DNA of 62,992 bases, the filler included, from Sphacelaria rigidula (Eukaryota): NCBI GenBank assembly GCA_964200075.2. It is 5 parts of 5 records of this genome, joined end to end, with 100 filler letters (N's around TTAATTAATTAA, not from the genome) between each part and the next. Parts side by side here need not be neighbours in the genome. Positions count along the whole stretch, not along the records: positions 25,241 to 37,758 come from CAXNAA020003672.1; positions 37,859 to 50,375 come from CAXNAA020003673.1; 3 more parts are not named here. One strand, written 5' to 3'. Shown one piece after another: positions 25,659 to 39,000 of the stretch; within the stretch, counting starts at the first letter, position 1, and the number at the start of each line of letters is the position of its first letter. The notes beneath the pieces were generated by a model, which saw nothing but the letters and a program-made list of their open reading frames with translations, made no database searches and had not been told where the DNA came from. The translations under genes were made by a program, and so were the position numbers.

Positions 25659-26129
25659 GTTCTTATATTACAACGGAGTGAAGTACAAATGGGTACGTGA
25701 GTATGCGGGATTGTTTTCGTGCACTCCTGGGCACTCTCATGCAGTTGTGTTTACCGACATAGTCTTGGCCTTCAGTTTACTCATCATAGTTGATGGTACC
25801 TCGTATGTGAGACGGACGTTCACGTGAGCTGTGTTTGCCAAAATTCCACGGTCAAAGGCTTTCGTGAATTTGTGAGAGTAGAGCGTTGATTGAGAGTGGC
25901 TTTGGTCATTCGCTTCAACTTTGCCATTTCTTCATTCCGCGTGTACTTTCCTCCACCTCCTTCGTTAGCGTGTGCTTACGGCTACACGTCGACATCCTGC
26001 CGAGAGATATCAAGGGCCTGGGCGGCCAGCAACCGCAGAAGGCATCTCGGGTCTGAAACGATTCTTCCTCTAGTTTGTCATTTTTCCCCCTCATTTCTAT
26101 ACTCTCGATCTGCTGAAAAACATGGCTGT

Positions 26130-26490
26130 ATTCCGTAGGGTATTGGGTTCCGTACAGAACTTACACAAGATAGGGGGTACTGGTATGAAACCCTCGCATA
26201 CATGACAAACCCGTCGGGTACAGACTTGAAAGTACATAACTCACTGAATTGTCGGGCAGAGGTATGTGAGGTGTACAATGGACCACAAAAACTGTCGGGC
26301 AGGGGTGTGTGAGGCTGCACAGAAGACCGTACCCGCGACCGGATGTTTCATCGAGAGAAAACTCATGCCCCCGGAAAGCGTACGTAAGGCATACACTACT
26401 CGTTCAACTATTGGGTGCGGGCAAGGTCCTACAGACTACAGAGCTGTAGAGTGAGGGTATGAAAGTGTCTGGTACGGTAAATACCCCGGG
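26130..26490 (+). repeat. Degenerate ~45-bp tandem array
   Basis: Recurring ACA..ACT.AC..AA.TGTCGGG.A..GGTATG.GAGG-like units. Confidence 0.45.
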
Positions 26491-28328
26491 TATACAAAAA
26501 CCATATCTTTGAAAACAAACACGTTGCAAATTTTGATGGATGCGAGGTAGTTATTACCGGCCCCGTTTTCTCGACCTTTCCGCGAAAAAAAGTCGAAGGA
26601 GAGATTGGGTCTCGACTTCCAATATAGCATCAACCCCTAGACCACGCGGGTAGTTCATCTGCATCATGCATATTTCAAGGGAATTTGACCCGATTAAGCA
26701 GATTACTCACTTTTAATGTGAAGACAACAACAAGAACAACAACTCACTCTCGCAGTTGAAGAGATGAGAAATAAACCGTCTTAACGTCTTGACTGCGTGA
26801 TACATTTGGGGTCATGCACTCATTTATAAATGATTTTGACACCGATTCAACAAAGAACAATGCGGACGTCCAGGCTGACATATTATTCGGACAACGTAGC
26901 GATGGATTTTCCAACGCCATTCTTCTCCAAGAGTTCGAGATTCTCCCACATGCGAAGAGACATGTCCCGTTAATGATCATTACGGAGCGCTCGAATAATA
27001 CGATTACTCGCTGCGCATGGTTCGGCAAGTCTCCAATTTTGAGGGCGTGTGCGTGCTCCAGAGCTGGATACTTTAGAAGAAGAAAACCGCTGCTCACTGG
27101 AACCAACAAATATTCTTCTCCACAGAAAAACAAGCGAGGCATGTTCCTGCTTGCGCGATGGTCCACGTCATGATAAGAGCAAGGGTAACAATGAACTAAA
27201 ACGTCCATGACACGGAGATATGCGCAGGGGTTGACGTGGGGCAAGATATCTTGACTGAACCTGGATCATGCATTGCCACAATGGGGGAGATTAAACAAAC
27301 TAGAACGCCGCCCCCGACTACCACCTGCACGCAGCAAACGTTCCAGCGCATCCCAAACCTTCGCCAAGAGCAGCGCACATAACAGCTGAGGCGTCATTAC
27401 GAACTCGATTATTCAAAATGTCTCAAAAACGAGAGGCTGCAGCACTCGCCTTGATTATAATTAGGCACGACCGTAAAATATCGAAACCTGCTGCAACTTG
27501 TCCTGGTCTCCCTGGATGTCGACAAAACTCGTGCATGAATCGTTGGAAACAAAACAAAACGTTGTCGACGCCATGAAAAGCGATTCCAGCGGTCCAGGAA
27601 CAGCAGTTGCAACAATGCAATGACTATCCGTATAAACGACAGCGGCAGTGCAGAAATGCGATTGCTTATATCTTCATGCCCTTACGACAACCACCCACTC
27701 ACTGCGGGAGGCAATAAAAAGCAAGATACGGAATCACACGACAAATCGAAAAGACGCCAGGTTCGCTCCATAGTGCCGGCATCCACTACTACAAAAAAAA
27801 AGGCCTGCGAACAACAACAGACGGACGATACGAAAGCGTTGGGGGGGAGGGAAGGGGGGATTTGTGTGAATATATGTTTGTTGTGGTATTTAATTCGATG
27901 CGTGCGACATTTGCGTGTAAGGTTTTTCATCATCAACACCAAAGGAAGGGAGGTGCGGTACCTTATTTTTTTTTGGAACATGAGGATTTAATGAGGAGTC
28001 ATGTACCACACACAGTCAAATCACACAAAGCTTCAACGTGACTGCGACAACAGCTTTTACCCGAGGATCTTCCTCGACTGTATTCGAGGGGCTGACTCCC
28101 CCCCCAACTACACGCCAGCACCAGCAGAGACGGGACACTGTACAAGAAAAAACGAGGAACAAAAAGCCCTCCTGATTAATTGTCGGGCTGATCTAGTCAC
28201 GTTTACTCCGTTCAACGCGTGCTCCCTTGCATTACTCCAACGGGAGGAGGTAACATTGCCGTGGAAACAACCCCACCATCGTAGCAAAAGACAATCTGGC
28301 AAACATATCCGTACCCAAAACGGCCGAT

Positions 28329-31300
28329 CTAGAGCACCCCGAGAAGGTTGTCGAGCGCGGACTGGTCCGTGGTGCAACCCTGCAAGATCATCCCCGCGGC
28401 GGCCCACATGGCCAGACGCCCGTTCTTTGTCTCCTGCAACTGAAGCTTCGCCCATGCCTCGGGGTTCGACTTCCTGTTAAGAGGGTCGAGTCCGAAGTCT
28501 CCTGGTTCACGGTCCCCGCTCTCCTGGGCTGCCGTGATCGCAATTCCCGAGATCACTGAAACACAGCGAGGGATCATGGAACAACACGACGGTTGTGGTA
28601 TCAAGAACAAGAAGCTGTGATGAAGACGATAACATGCCGGGCCTTTCTTTCGTCGCTCTTGAGAACCAACGATCAAGAAGTCAAGACAAGGCTGTCTACA
28701 TTGAAAGTTCATCTCGAGACCACGGACTCGTCTTGAGCGAGAGGAAGAAATAGAAGAACGACAAAGAACAGAGGAATGAAAAAGCCAGTCTACACATCCT
28801 CAGCAAGTGCGATTATTGACCATGTCTCATCAAAATCTTACGTACACGAAACTGCCAAGAAGAGAACAAATTGTTCGAAGTGTGAGCACGTGACCAAGAG
28901 ATTACAATCCCAGCCAAAGAGAAAGACTGCGGCCACCGGGAAACGCTGAGATGCCTAGCTAGCATCACAACTTCCATGTAACAAGAATCGAGGGATGTTT
29001 AGGGGGTGCTGTCTGAAACGGATCGAGAAGTCATTCAGATCAAATCCATCACGTCCGCGTCCACAGACGAATCATGTCAGACATGTCTGTAATAATAATT
29101 CATAGTCACAACTGAGGAAAATAATAGTGTCGTTCGTGTTCTACTCCGAGAATCGCACCACTCAAGGTTTGCTGCACTGTAGGGAAGTAGTCGAGAAACT
29201 GCTGCCTGAATATATCCACCGTGTCATCAGCTTTGTTGCACAGGACCATGATGACTTTACTCTACAAAATCGTTCTCCACAGGGTTCAGGGCAATCAACA
29301 TGCTGTTTCCGTTGCGCCAGAGAGAGTTCTTGATCTCGGCACAACACACCGTCGACCAGTCTATCTTCAAATAACTCACTCTCGACGAAGGAGACGAGGA
29401 TTACCAGCGCCGCGAAGTATTGGGGCTTCTCTTCCCAAACCTGCCAGCCGACTTGCATCTGGTTCTGCCCCGATGGGAAGCCGGGGACCGATCCGATCTG
29501 CAAATTGAGGACATGAGTGTCCACAGAAGACACAACGAAAGTAGGGACAGCAACGTGTTTTCAATCGCTCAGTGTCGAACGCAACAGGACACGATGTTCA
29601 ACGGCAAATTGAGGATGTGGAGGAAGCCAGTTCTACAACCGAAGCGTCGATTCCTCCGTCAGAGGCGCGGGAAGAAATAGTGGCAAGCCAAGTGAATAAT
29701 TCTGGCTCAAGTGATAATTCTGGGCTTGGTGTCCCACCATCAAGCGCTAAAACGGGCTTTGCTCACCGGCGAGGTTTTCAACAGTGTTTTTCCGGGTCTC
29801 AGTGCCGTCATGGACTGTTTCGTTGTGGATTATGCAAGAAGCACGATATAGTGAACCGTAAAGCCTGTCGGTCCAATATCCAGTACTTCTTTACGAAAGT
29901 ATCTCCGTTTCCATCTGGTCGGGACTCGACAAAGGTGTTTCTCTTTGTCGGAAATATTCACGGTTGGAAGAGGTACGACACAGGTGTAGGCAACCTATCG
30001 CTTCAGGTGAAAAGGTCATGATTCATGTTATCGAACAAGCACCAATACCAACACTAGCCCCGACTCAGGGCAAACGAGACCCTCGGGCAAGGGGGGTGCA
30101 GAGATTTCCCTCGGCAAAGTGTGCAATGGCATACCTCACATCTACGCCGCAGGGACCCATTTGGACAAAGCCACGTTATGGACGAGCCTAGTCCACCGCT
30201 CACCTGCCACAAACCATGGAATTTCTCAGAACTTCCTCTTTTCTAAAATCAACTAGTCCTCCTGCCCACCAACCTAGACTTTCGCTAAAAGCTTCAGGTC
30301 TACTGCACAGGTGATCTGTCAGCGAGGCGATCTGAGGATTTGTACGTGAACAATGGGTGGTACAATGTAGATGCCGCCAACCCTAACGCTAACCCTAACC
30401 CCGACCAAGGCATACCGAGAACCGTCGGGTAAGGAGATGCAGAGTTTTCCCTAGGCGAAGTGTGCGTTGCCAGAGGTCAAATCGACGCTTTTCAGCCGAT
30501 TTTGGACCAAAAAACCTTCTCGACGACATGGGTCTACTGCTCACCACTCCTCACCTGCCACATACCATGGATTTTCTTGTAATTTTGTTGGGTCTGAAAT
30601 CAAGTAAAATCGAGTATCAATCATTGATCACAAACAAATCTTCAGATCTACTGCTGTCAGCTGTCCAACAGGTGACCGTAACAACATGTGGAAACGAGAA
30701 AAAAAAAGTCACGGACACCACCAACAAGGCAGTCGGTCGCCCTGCCTGCGAGAGAGGTGTCGGTTGGTGGTGAGTCATCACCGTCTTCTTCAACGGTACT
30801 GGGCTGGATAAACCACCGCACAGCCGCCGCTGCATAAGCCAAAACCCTCTGCCAGCAAGAATTTCCGTCCGTACTCATTCATCATGCATGCTAACCCGAT
30901 TGTCTCGTGACATGATTTCGATGTGCGGTGCCCTGGGTGAGATTTTTGTTACGGGAAGGAAAAGAGGCTCAGGTAGGGGGTCAAGACTTGTTTCGACAAC
31001 GCACCATGTCCTCAACCAGCCGTTTAACGTCAACACCGCCACGACCGCCACCGCAAGCTCGTTCGTGCTACTTCAGAAAACTACTTTCAGAACATTGGTA
31101 ATTTGATTCGCTTGCCTGCCCTCTTATACATGCTGCGCCTGACCCACCGCGCGCTGGCGTGTTTACATTTTTTACTGCGCCGAGCAAACTTATGCCAGCG
31201 ATTACTGATAAGCTTTAAATGACACAAAATAATACACAAAAAGTTAAAGCCATGAGTCGCGCAGTGTTGCCATGCCAGTTTGCGGGCAGTGCCATCTCGG

Positions 31301-34300
31301 CGCTAGTATGAAGCGCGCATTATCGCAGTTTTCAGACTCCCAACCGGCAACCAGAACAGAACCAAACGCAACGGGAACTTAATTACTAGGGTGTCTTCAG
31401 GCCCGCGGCCAACAAGTTGCCCAATACATCTCAGGCGGAGGTCCTCAACAGCCCTAGCAGGAATATTGCCAAACTTCCGTCTACGATACCACACCACTTG
31501 CAATGAGTGACGCATTAATACAACATGACCGGGGATCCATATAACGAAAAAAAAACGGCGGTGCGATGGCCGTAGTGTAGCTTTCAACAGAATAATCAAC
31601 GGATGATCCGCTCGACTGACACGACGCTTTATACAACAGAGTCTATTTGTCTTGAACCGGCAATATAATGCAAGTATTGGCCCTGGATATTGGCAAAAAG
31701 GCCGAGCGAGAAAAAAAAAATCAGGAATTCTCTTAAATCACAGGTTCCCCCCACATTCAATCCCATGCACCCAGGCCCCCTCGTCCCGGATAATCTCATG
31801 TTCCTGTCGGATTCAACGTGGATGTTCAAGCCCGCAAAACAGAGTAGAACTGTTTTCATCGACGGTATGACGTTGACAATCCGGGACGGCTGAACGACGT
31901 GAAAAACACTTCTTGGGGGCGTCAGGAAGGCTGGTAGGCGCCCTCCTTCAGAAAACGACGTCCGCTTTTACAGAACGTACGAAGAAGCGCAAAAATTGCC
32001 GATTGGGTCACATGAATGAGCACACGTGACTCGTTCGTCCAAAAGCGGATGCGCTCGAATCCACGATCATCGATACACGCCGACATAAACATCGTTCATA
32101 ATCGTGCAGGTGGGAAACTATCGTCTCCGAAAGTCCAATTTGATGCTCCCGGCACTCAATGATTGGTTCAATGACGGAGATGGCGCACATTGTCCACTTC
32201 CGAATGAAATTGCTTGAGTCTTCCTGTCTTCGCGAGCGCTTCGCAGGCGTTCTTGTGCGAGCAGTACATTTCGAGTGTGTGCCGGATAGTGGGACAGCTT
32301 CGGGGAACAAAACCAAAAGGGAACAGCATAGCCAGATAGCCGAAAGAAATATGGTTACAGACGGGATATGTGCCCGTGTTCGGCGCAGATGAGGCGTGGA
32401 AACGATGTCATCACACCTCATATTTGTTTCTCAAGATTGAATAACTTACGGGCTGACAGGTCATCGGCGGTGCCGCCACGTTTTAGCCCAGATTCCCTCT
32501 CTCCGGTATTCTCGGTCGATCAGGCCTGTCCTCATCATGTTGAAGAAATGTTCACTTTTATTTTCATGAATTTGTACATACTTATGTCACTAGAGCCGAA
32601 AAACTGTGTTTCAGGGTCACGAACACCTTCCTGATGAACGGGGAATTTGCTCGTATTGCCAAATAACACCAACTTACTCTGACGCGGGCACTGTGTTCCG
32701 AGGATGGTCTGTTTATTGCAAAGTCTACCGACGCTAGCAATTTCGAGTTCTCTCGAAGAGTAGTACACGAGAAAAAAACCCGACCCCTGGATAGTTGGAC
32801 CGCCCACCACTGTATACTACTTTGTATGCCTCAAATCATTTTTCTCGGATAATCGTACCCGGACACTCAACTCCGAGAGAGTGGCAGTGTATTCAATTCA
32901 TGCCAGCTCCACAATTGATTCCTCGTGTTGGTGATGAAAGTCCGCATGAAAAGTGCCTTACATTACGCATTCAGCTTCGCCCGCTTTCTCGTCTCGAGAA
33001 AATGGAATCTGCGAATTTCATCTTGAAAAACAGTAAATAGAAAATATGGTAGACCATAGGGGCAAGTAGCTGAACATTTTCTTGGATTCGAGCATTTCCT
33101 TTCATGTACGCAAAGTTTGAATATTTGAATATTTACGTTTTTACTGACATGAAGCCATGTTGAACACCGCAATTTCAAGGGCACACACGATCTCTCCTCC
33201 CCTTCACGCCTCATAACACTTTGTTTCAGCCTCGATTGTGTTGGGAAGGACCCTACTTCTTCAAGGTGAGATCTCGGTGACACCTCAACCTCCACAGTTG
33301 CGAAACTCGTGGTAATTCAACGTTTTCAGTATGGCTGTTTCGAGCTAATTTAGTTCATCATTTTTTCTCGAGAGTAACGTCGGTCAAACTAGAAGAATTT
33401 TGCGTATCACGAGCGCAGGTGTTATTCCGCTCCACCACTGCAGGCCGCACGGCGACTCGACTAACCTGGTCGCACCAGAGCACCCCCGAGACGGCGAGCA
33501 TCGCAATTCGACCGTGCTTGAGCTCCGCCTCGCGCATCCAGTAGAGGTCTGCGCCTGCGAGCCCGGCGATGCTGGAGAGTCCGAGAGGGTCGAAACCCAC
33601 GTCGCCTGCCATGCTGCCGTCCAGCTACGCAATGATACATGAGAGCGAGAGCACGCAAGGCAAATTGGGAAAGTTATGCCGGGAGCAGTACCAAACCTCG
33701 AATCATGACTACAAGGATACTCCACACTCGGAAACTCGATGCATTCCTGATGGCCGCAAGTGCCGTACATGTTTCTTCGCGGTACTTTATTGCTTTTCAG
33801 CGGTCGACCTGACGGTCATGTACGACACGGTCACTGCAGCTGTAACGAAATCGGTACCAGGCAAAACGCAGAGGCTGGTTACGTGGCTCAAAAAAGCACT
33901 CGTGGGCGAAACATGCCCTGTATCCGAGTCGGCAGTTCCGCCGTCGATAGCATGTGAGGGGGGTATTTTGCAATACATGCGAACATCAATGAGTACAGTA
34001 GTCGGTTGGACTGGATGACGAACGGTACGCGCCGTACGGGACTGTGTGTAATACGAAGGCTACGCCAAGCGACCGCATTGCGGAAGGTGCGTTGATTCGA
34101 GAGCACCACGGTTCCTTCAATCAGCAACATTCGCAAGACAACCAATCATCAGCTGACTCGCTCAAAACTGATCGAGCTTCAGCCACACTGGACATGGGTC
34201 AAGAACTCTCGGCTGACTCGGCATGCTTGTCCCTCATGAGATGGAAGGGGTATCGACAGCCATCGACGGGGGAGATTACATCGAACAAGTACTCGCGTTG

Positions 34301-35310
34301 GGCAAGGAACAAGGGCGACCCCGGCAGGTTACGCGCGCTTTCCAGCTGCAGAAAAAAACAATGAACAAAGCATGTATCATTCCGTACGTGAGTAAACAAG
34401 GAAACGTATATGGCGAGTGTACCTTGAACGATGTTACGTTCACCATACTCGGCAGCGGCATGATACCACTGCCATCCGTGTTGACTACTCCACTGTACTA
34501 CTGTAGAGCGTCCTGTGCATTACAATGGAGAAAAGTTCACGTATTCATGACACGGACAATTGTTTGTGTGTACTGAGGTCTGAACTGCAGCCTGCTGCCG
34601 GAAGTCATTCTAGATCATTTCATGGGACATCCAGAGACATGGTAACGAGACTAAGTGTTTAGTGAGAGCCAGATGCTGAGTGCAGGAGGGAGCGGTAAGC
34701 CGCGAGAGTGACGTCGCGTTTATTCTAGTCTACAACGAGTATACATATCGCTCATGATCCTTCATGATGTTCCTACACGACCAAGCTGACCTCATCACGA
34801 CGGTATATAAAACGACATGTAGGGTGCGCGAAGCAGCAGAAGAAACACTCAGGAGTCCTGTAGCGCCTCATAGCTGGGCTGCATCCCTCCTGGCGATATC
34901 TATGCATATTTTGCAACCAGCAGGGGCTCTCAATCAAGTAGGGTATTACAGCAACCAGCAGTAAGCAAACGCACTCTGGCGAGAAGAGTCATGGAACACC
35001 CACGAAACAACGCAACAAGACCATCCTGCACACACTTACTCATGTCAAGGATACAGAACAAGCATTGCTCGCACCCACCGATATCATGACCGGCATCTCT
35101 ACTACAATATCTCTGCACTGTTGGTGTATTTCTCCTCACCGCTGGAGGCCTGGGTAACATCGGCAGCGACTTCGAGCGGTCGTCGGCCATCATGGTCGGG
35201 GTGGTGGCCGCCGAGCTGCGTACAGCTGATTGTCTCAACGGCGCAGTAGGCGCAACGAAAGCACCGGCGCCGGCGGCCATGGCCAAAGTAGCGGCAAGCT
35301 CGAGCTTCAT
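28329..35310 (-). CDS. Lhcr: Light-harvesting complex (fucoxanthin-chlorophyll a/c) protein, Lhcr-like, complete, 4 exons, 224 aa
   Basis: Exons 35140-35310, 33466-33624, 29380-29497 and 28329-28555 join in frame (675 nt). Signal peptide with GAF cleavage motif plus transit peptide. Motifs [70 protein letters not shown]. The Lhcr sub-clade is inferred from the N-terminal motif. Confidence 0.95.
30045..30670 (+). repeat. Two diverged ~340-bp tandem units with a telomere-like CCCTAA seed
   Basis: CGAGA.CC.TCGGG.AAGG...TGCAGAG.TTTCCCT.GGC.AAGTGTGC and CTCACCTGCCACA.ACCATGGA occur twice, ~340 bp apart. CCCTAACGCTAACCCTAACCC at ~30381-30401. A fragment recurs at ~58420. Confidence 0.6.
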
Positions 35311-35968
35311 CGTGTTGTGTTTACTGAGAAAATGTAATAATGAGAGACGCCGGTACGAGCTTCCGATGGTCTTTCTAACAACCAGAAGTCGACACAAACG
35401 TTCGTCGTGTTTGAGCTACCTAACTCCTCGGCGACAGACCGGACCGACACACGCTTGAATGCGATCCAAGGTTTTATGTTCCATAACTTGTACAATTTTC
35501 GGCCCTTTATATGAGGCTGGAACCACAACTCGTCTGTACGACCGTGAGTCTGACAAATCTGTCAAATGTGAGCACCGGAGGTGTAACTGAAGAATTATTC
35601 GAGTGTGGATCCGCCGCATTTAGCATCATCGACTAGTGTCTGTTGTGTTGTAGGCTCCTTCTCTCTACAAACACTAGACACATATCTGTACGAAAGACTC
35701 ATAATGTACAGAGTATAGCTTGCTCTACTCTGGTGTTTGTGTAAAAGCAAAGGGCGAGGTGGTGCTCTCCGGCTACCCTCGCCGCCACGCCACGTGCTTG
35801 CTTGCAACTTCACAAAGGAGACAAGTACGACACGAAGCGTCAACGATATTAGATAATCATTTTTATCCGCATACCGTGCGCCTCGAACGTGGTCATAGCA
35901 ACCAAAACAAAATCATCCCGCCCTCAAGAGCAGAGCGTGCTGCTAGCGCCGACATTGTTGTGCCTGCC

Positions 35969-37373
35969 ATGGCGCGGCGAATGAGGGTGCGTTCTTTGGC
36001 ATGGTTTCTCCACGTTCTGGCGTCGTGTTCTGCAGGGGGGAACGGTGCGTGCCCTTGTACATGTACGTGTTCGTAGTCATCACAATAGCTACCATGCTAC
36101 CGTTGAAGAAGTGTAGCCACCCCATGTCGCTACATGTGGCTGCGCCGCATTCGATCAATGCCCTTAACCCCGGGCCCGTGTCCTCAATCTGTGCAATACT
36201 ACATTAGGCATTTCTTGCACTTGTTTTCGTTCAACTCAGCAGCGAAGTAGACGTTTTGCCGTGTGCAAGTTGAACTACTGTACGGTACTTCACATGTTTG
36301 TGCTGCAAACCAACCTAACCCGTGATCAGAGCGGAGAGTCTCGAGTAGCATTTGTGAGATGGGATAGCCCTGTGCTCGGAACAGTAGTTATATCCCAGCC
36401 ACCATTCGGCCTTCGCATGGCGCGGTGAAACACCCGACGTGGCTTGCCCCGCATTTTCTGCTGTTGATTATCATTACGCATCCGTCATCAACAGTTCAAC
36501 AGTTCAACAGTTCACGTTTATCCTCCCGTACTCCGTCGGCATCCGTGAACTACGCATGGCATGCGCATCGATTCATGGTTGGTGCTCTGCAGCACCGTTG
36601 GCGCTGCATCAAGTCGTGGTGGTGTCTCCAGGGAGCGAAGTAGTCATCAGGTTGTCCGGCTACGATATCGATGGGGATGATCTGGTGGCCACAATATCGT
36701 CGCTGCCTGGGTCGGGCACGCTTCATCAGGTGCAAAACATGCCACTTGTGTGGCCCTACTTTCGTGTTCTGGGGTAAGTGCCCCTGGAGAGATACTCTGG
36801 CATTACTTGAGAAATGCCGAGCGTAATTTTAGCTGTCACAGGTAACAAATCAGACTGACCGTTCGCCTGGGGGAACGAGGGCAGATAAATAAGACCAACG
36901 GCGTATTTTGGATCATCCGGTAGCTTGTCGGCGTTTGACTTGATGTCGATCACAAGCACGTGTGCCTAAATGGACAGCATATGTTTGAAGGTTCAACGAG
37001 CACTTTTGATTGATTGTATCACACTTGAACTTGAGTCACCTCGAACAGTATCCCGTGAACTGTTTACTGTGAGTCAAGGGTGCTCGCAATAATTCTCAAG
37101 GTTGACGCTTAGATCTGAATCGATTCTGGGCAATCGCCACGAGAGAACGGAAGCACGCCCGCATCTTCCGTGTCCCCATGCTCTGCCCGCCGACATCACC
37201 TGTCATCTCGACCGGCGTTCGCTGAAGCTTTCCAAGGTGTTTTCTGATTTCGGTTATGACCCAAAAGCTGGTGAATTGATATCGGCTGCGGGGACACAAG
37301 TAACGGGGTCGGGCAACCGAGTTTTGTACCGGAGACCTAAGGCAGACGCGGAGCCTAGGAGCGCGTGGGGAAG
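35969..37373 (+). CDS. Putative secreted protein, 5' part (3 exons, truncated by contig end); resembles stramenopile laminin-IV-domain-containing proteins
   Basis: Exons 35969-36044, 36593-36729 and 37228-37373 join in phase: MARRMRVRSLAWFLHVLASCSAGGNAPLALHQVVVVSPGSEVVIRLSGYDIDGDDLVATISSLPGSGTLHQLSKVFSDFGYDPKAGELISAAGTQVTGSGNRVLYRRP... Signal-peptide-like N-terminus. The family link is from memory and the laminin-IV domain itself is not in the window. Confidence 0.7.
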
Positions 37374-37689
37374 GTATGATCGTGGCCTGTGATACTGGAC
37401 ATGTCCAACAAGTAAATGGCCGGTTTTGTGTACTCTTGAAATTCAATGCAAAGTAAATATTGACTGGAAACTTGACTTCAAATGGTGTAGTGCTGCAACA
37501 AACATCGTGGAATATTTTCTTTGTTATGCCACACGGGTCTTTTTTCTACTTCATCACTAACAAATGACGAGGGACAACACAGACCTTGAGAACATAGATG
37601 GGATCATTCCGTACGCAGCGTGCCTTAATAACGAGTGTGGAGGATCGGAGCAGTCGTACTCAGACCGGCGAAATAGCCAGCTGGGGCAG

Positions 37690-37758
37690 GGGGGGGGTGT
37701 ACTCATGATCATGCTTGCCATAGTCATCAGACCATTGACCTCGCATCCCTACAAAGCC
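37690..37758 (+). repeat. G-run-headed repeat at the contig 3 end
   Basis: Near-identical to the reverse complement of 37859-37930. Confidence 0.8.
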
Positions 37759-37858
37759 NNNNNNNNNNNNNNNNNNNNNNNNNNNNNNNNNNNNNNNNNN
37801 NNTTAATTAATTAANNNNNNNNNNNNNNNNNNNNNNNNNNNNNNNNNNNNNNNNNNNN
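37759..37858. other. Artificial contig linker
   Basis: N44-TTAATTAATTAA-N44. Confidence 0.98.
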
Positions 37859-37930
37859 GGCTTTGTAGGGATGCGAGGTCAATGGTCTGATGACTATGGC
37901 ATGCATGATCATGAGTACAGCCCCCCCCGG
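37859..37930 (-). repeat. G-run-headed repeat at the contig 4 start
   Basis: Reverse complement of 37690-37758. Confidence 0.8.
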
Positions 37931-38607
37931 TGGCTATCTCGGGAAAACGCGACAAAGTTTCGGGCCATAATTCCCTCGAGATCCTTTTCTTTGGCAGGTG
38001 AAACGAAAGTTCTACCATTTAATTCGGCCACGATCTGAGACTTTTATAGAAGAACAGCATCGCCACCTTTCCTGCACGTGTTGACGTTGTACATTCGGCC
38101 ACGTAGAAACTTTTGTTTATCTAAAAATTGTGATCATGATCCCCCTTGCACAACGACCGTAAATTTAGCAGAAGCTGCCGCTGTCTGTTTCAGTGGAAAT
38201 ACTGCGGTCCTAGTCGCTAAGCACCTTGTGCTTGGCGCACAAGGCTGCAGCAAAATCGCATCGAATTGCGTACTCACATCGGTCATTTTCTTGGCGCGTC
38301 GCTATGATTCTAACAAACTTAATACGGCCGCTCTTCCCGGGAATGAGCAACACAATGATACAAGCGACCCTTATCTGATCAACCCACCAATCTTGGAGGT
38401 GTTCATCGGTTGACCCTGGCTGTGTTTTTTACGTTGAATGCTTGGTCGGCCTTTCGTTTTTTTTCTTTCTGTTAGCTCTTGCGTAAAGCACGAGATAGCT
38501 CAGCCGTTTTTTTTTTTCTCGCAGTGCGTGAGACAAAATACCCCAGCGATCCTGCAATACCCGAGCGAACAGACATTGAAGTGCATCAACGCGCGTCGGC
38601 TGGCTAT

Positions 38608-38608
38608 C

Positions 38609-38639
<31 letters not shown>

Positions 38640-38667
38640 CTTGCTGCTGCTGTTGCTGCTGCTGCTG
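38608..38667. repeat. (TGT)n/(TGC)n compound microsatellite
   Basis: Directly visible. Confidence 0.95.
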
Positions 38668-38765
38668 ATGCGGGTGCTGTATGCTTTGGCTTTGCGCTAA
38701 GGACATGCCCAAACCGTTCAAGTCCCCTTATCTGCCTTGTCTTTCGTGCTTCGATCGACTTACAG

Positions 38766-38957
38766 GTGCTTCACGCTATCGTCGACATTTCTGGCCCTGT
38801 ACCCCACCAAAAGGGTCGCATGCCCCAACATCAGTAACCAGGTGAAGATTGTTATACTTAGCGGGCGTGAGCGGCCCACTAGTATCAACCAGTATCAACA
38901 CACTCTACTGGGCCCAGGCCAGGACTTTGGCTCATTGCTTCACCTGAAATGTATTGT

Positions 38958-39000
<43 letters not shown>

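Noticed and set aside
37690..37930. Apparent palindrome spanning the gap
   Set aside because: The two arms are on different contigs joined by an artificial linker; both contigs simply break in the same repeat.
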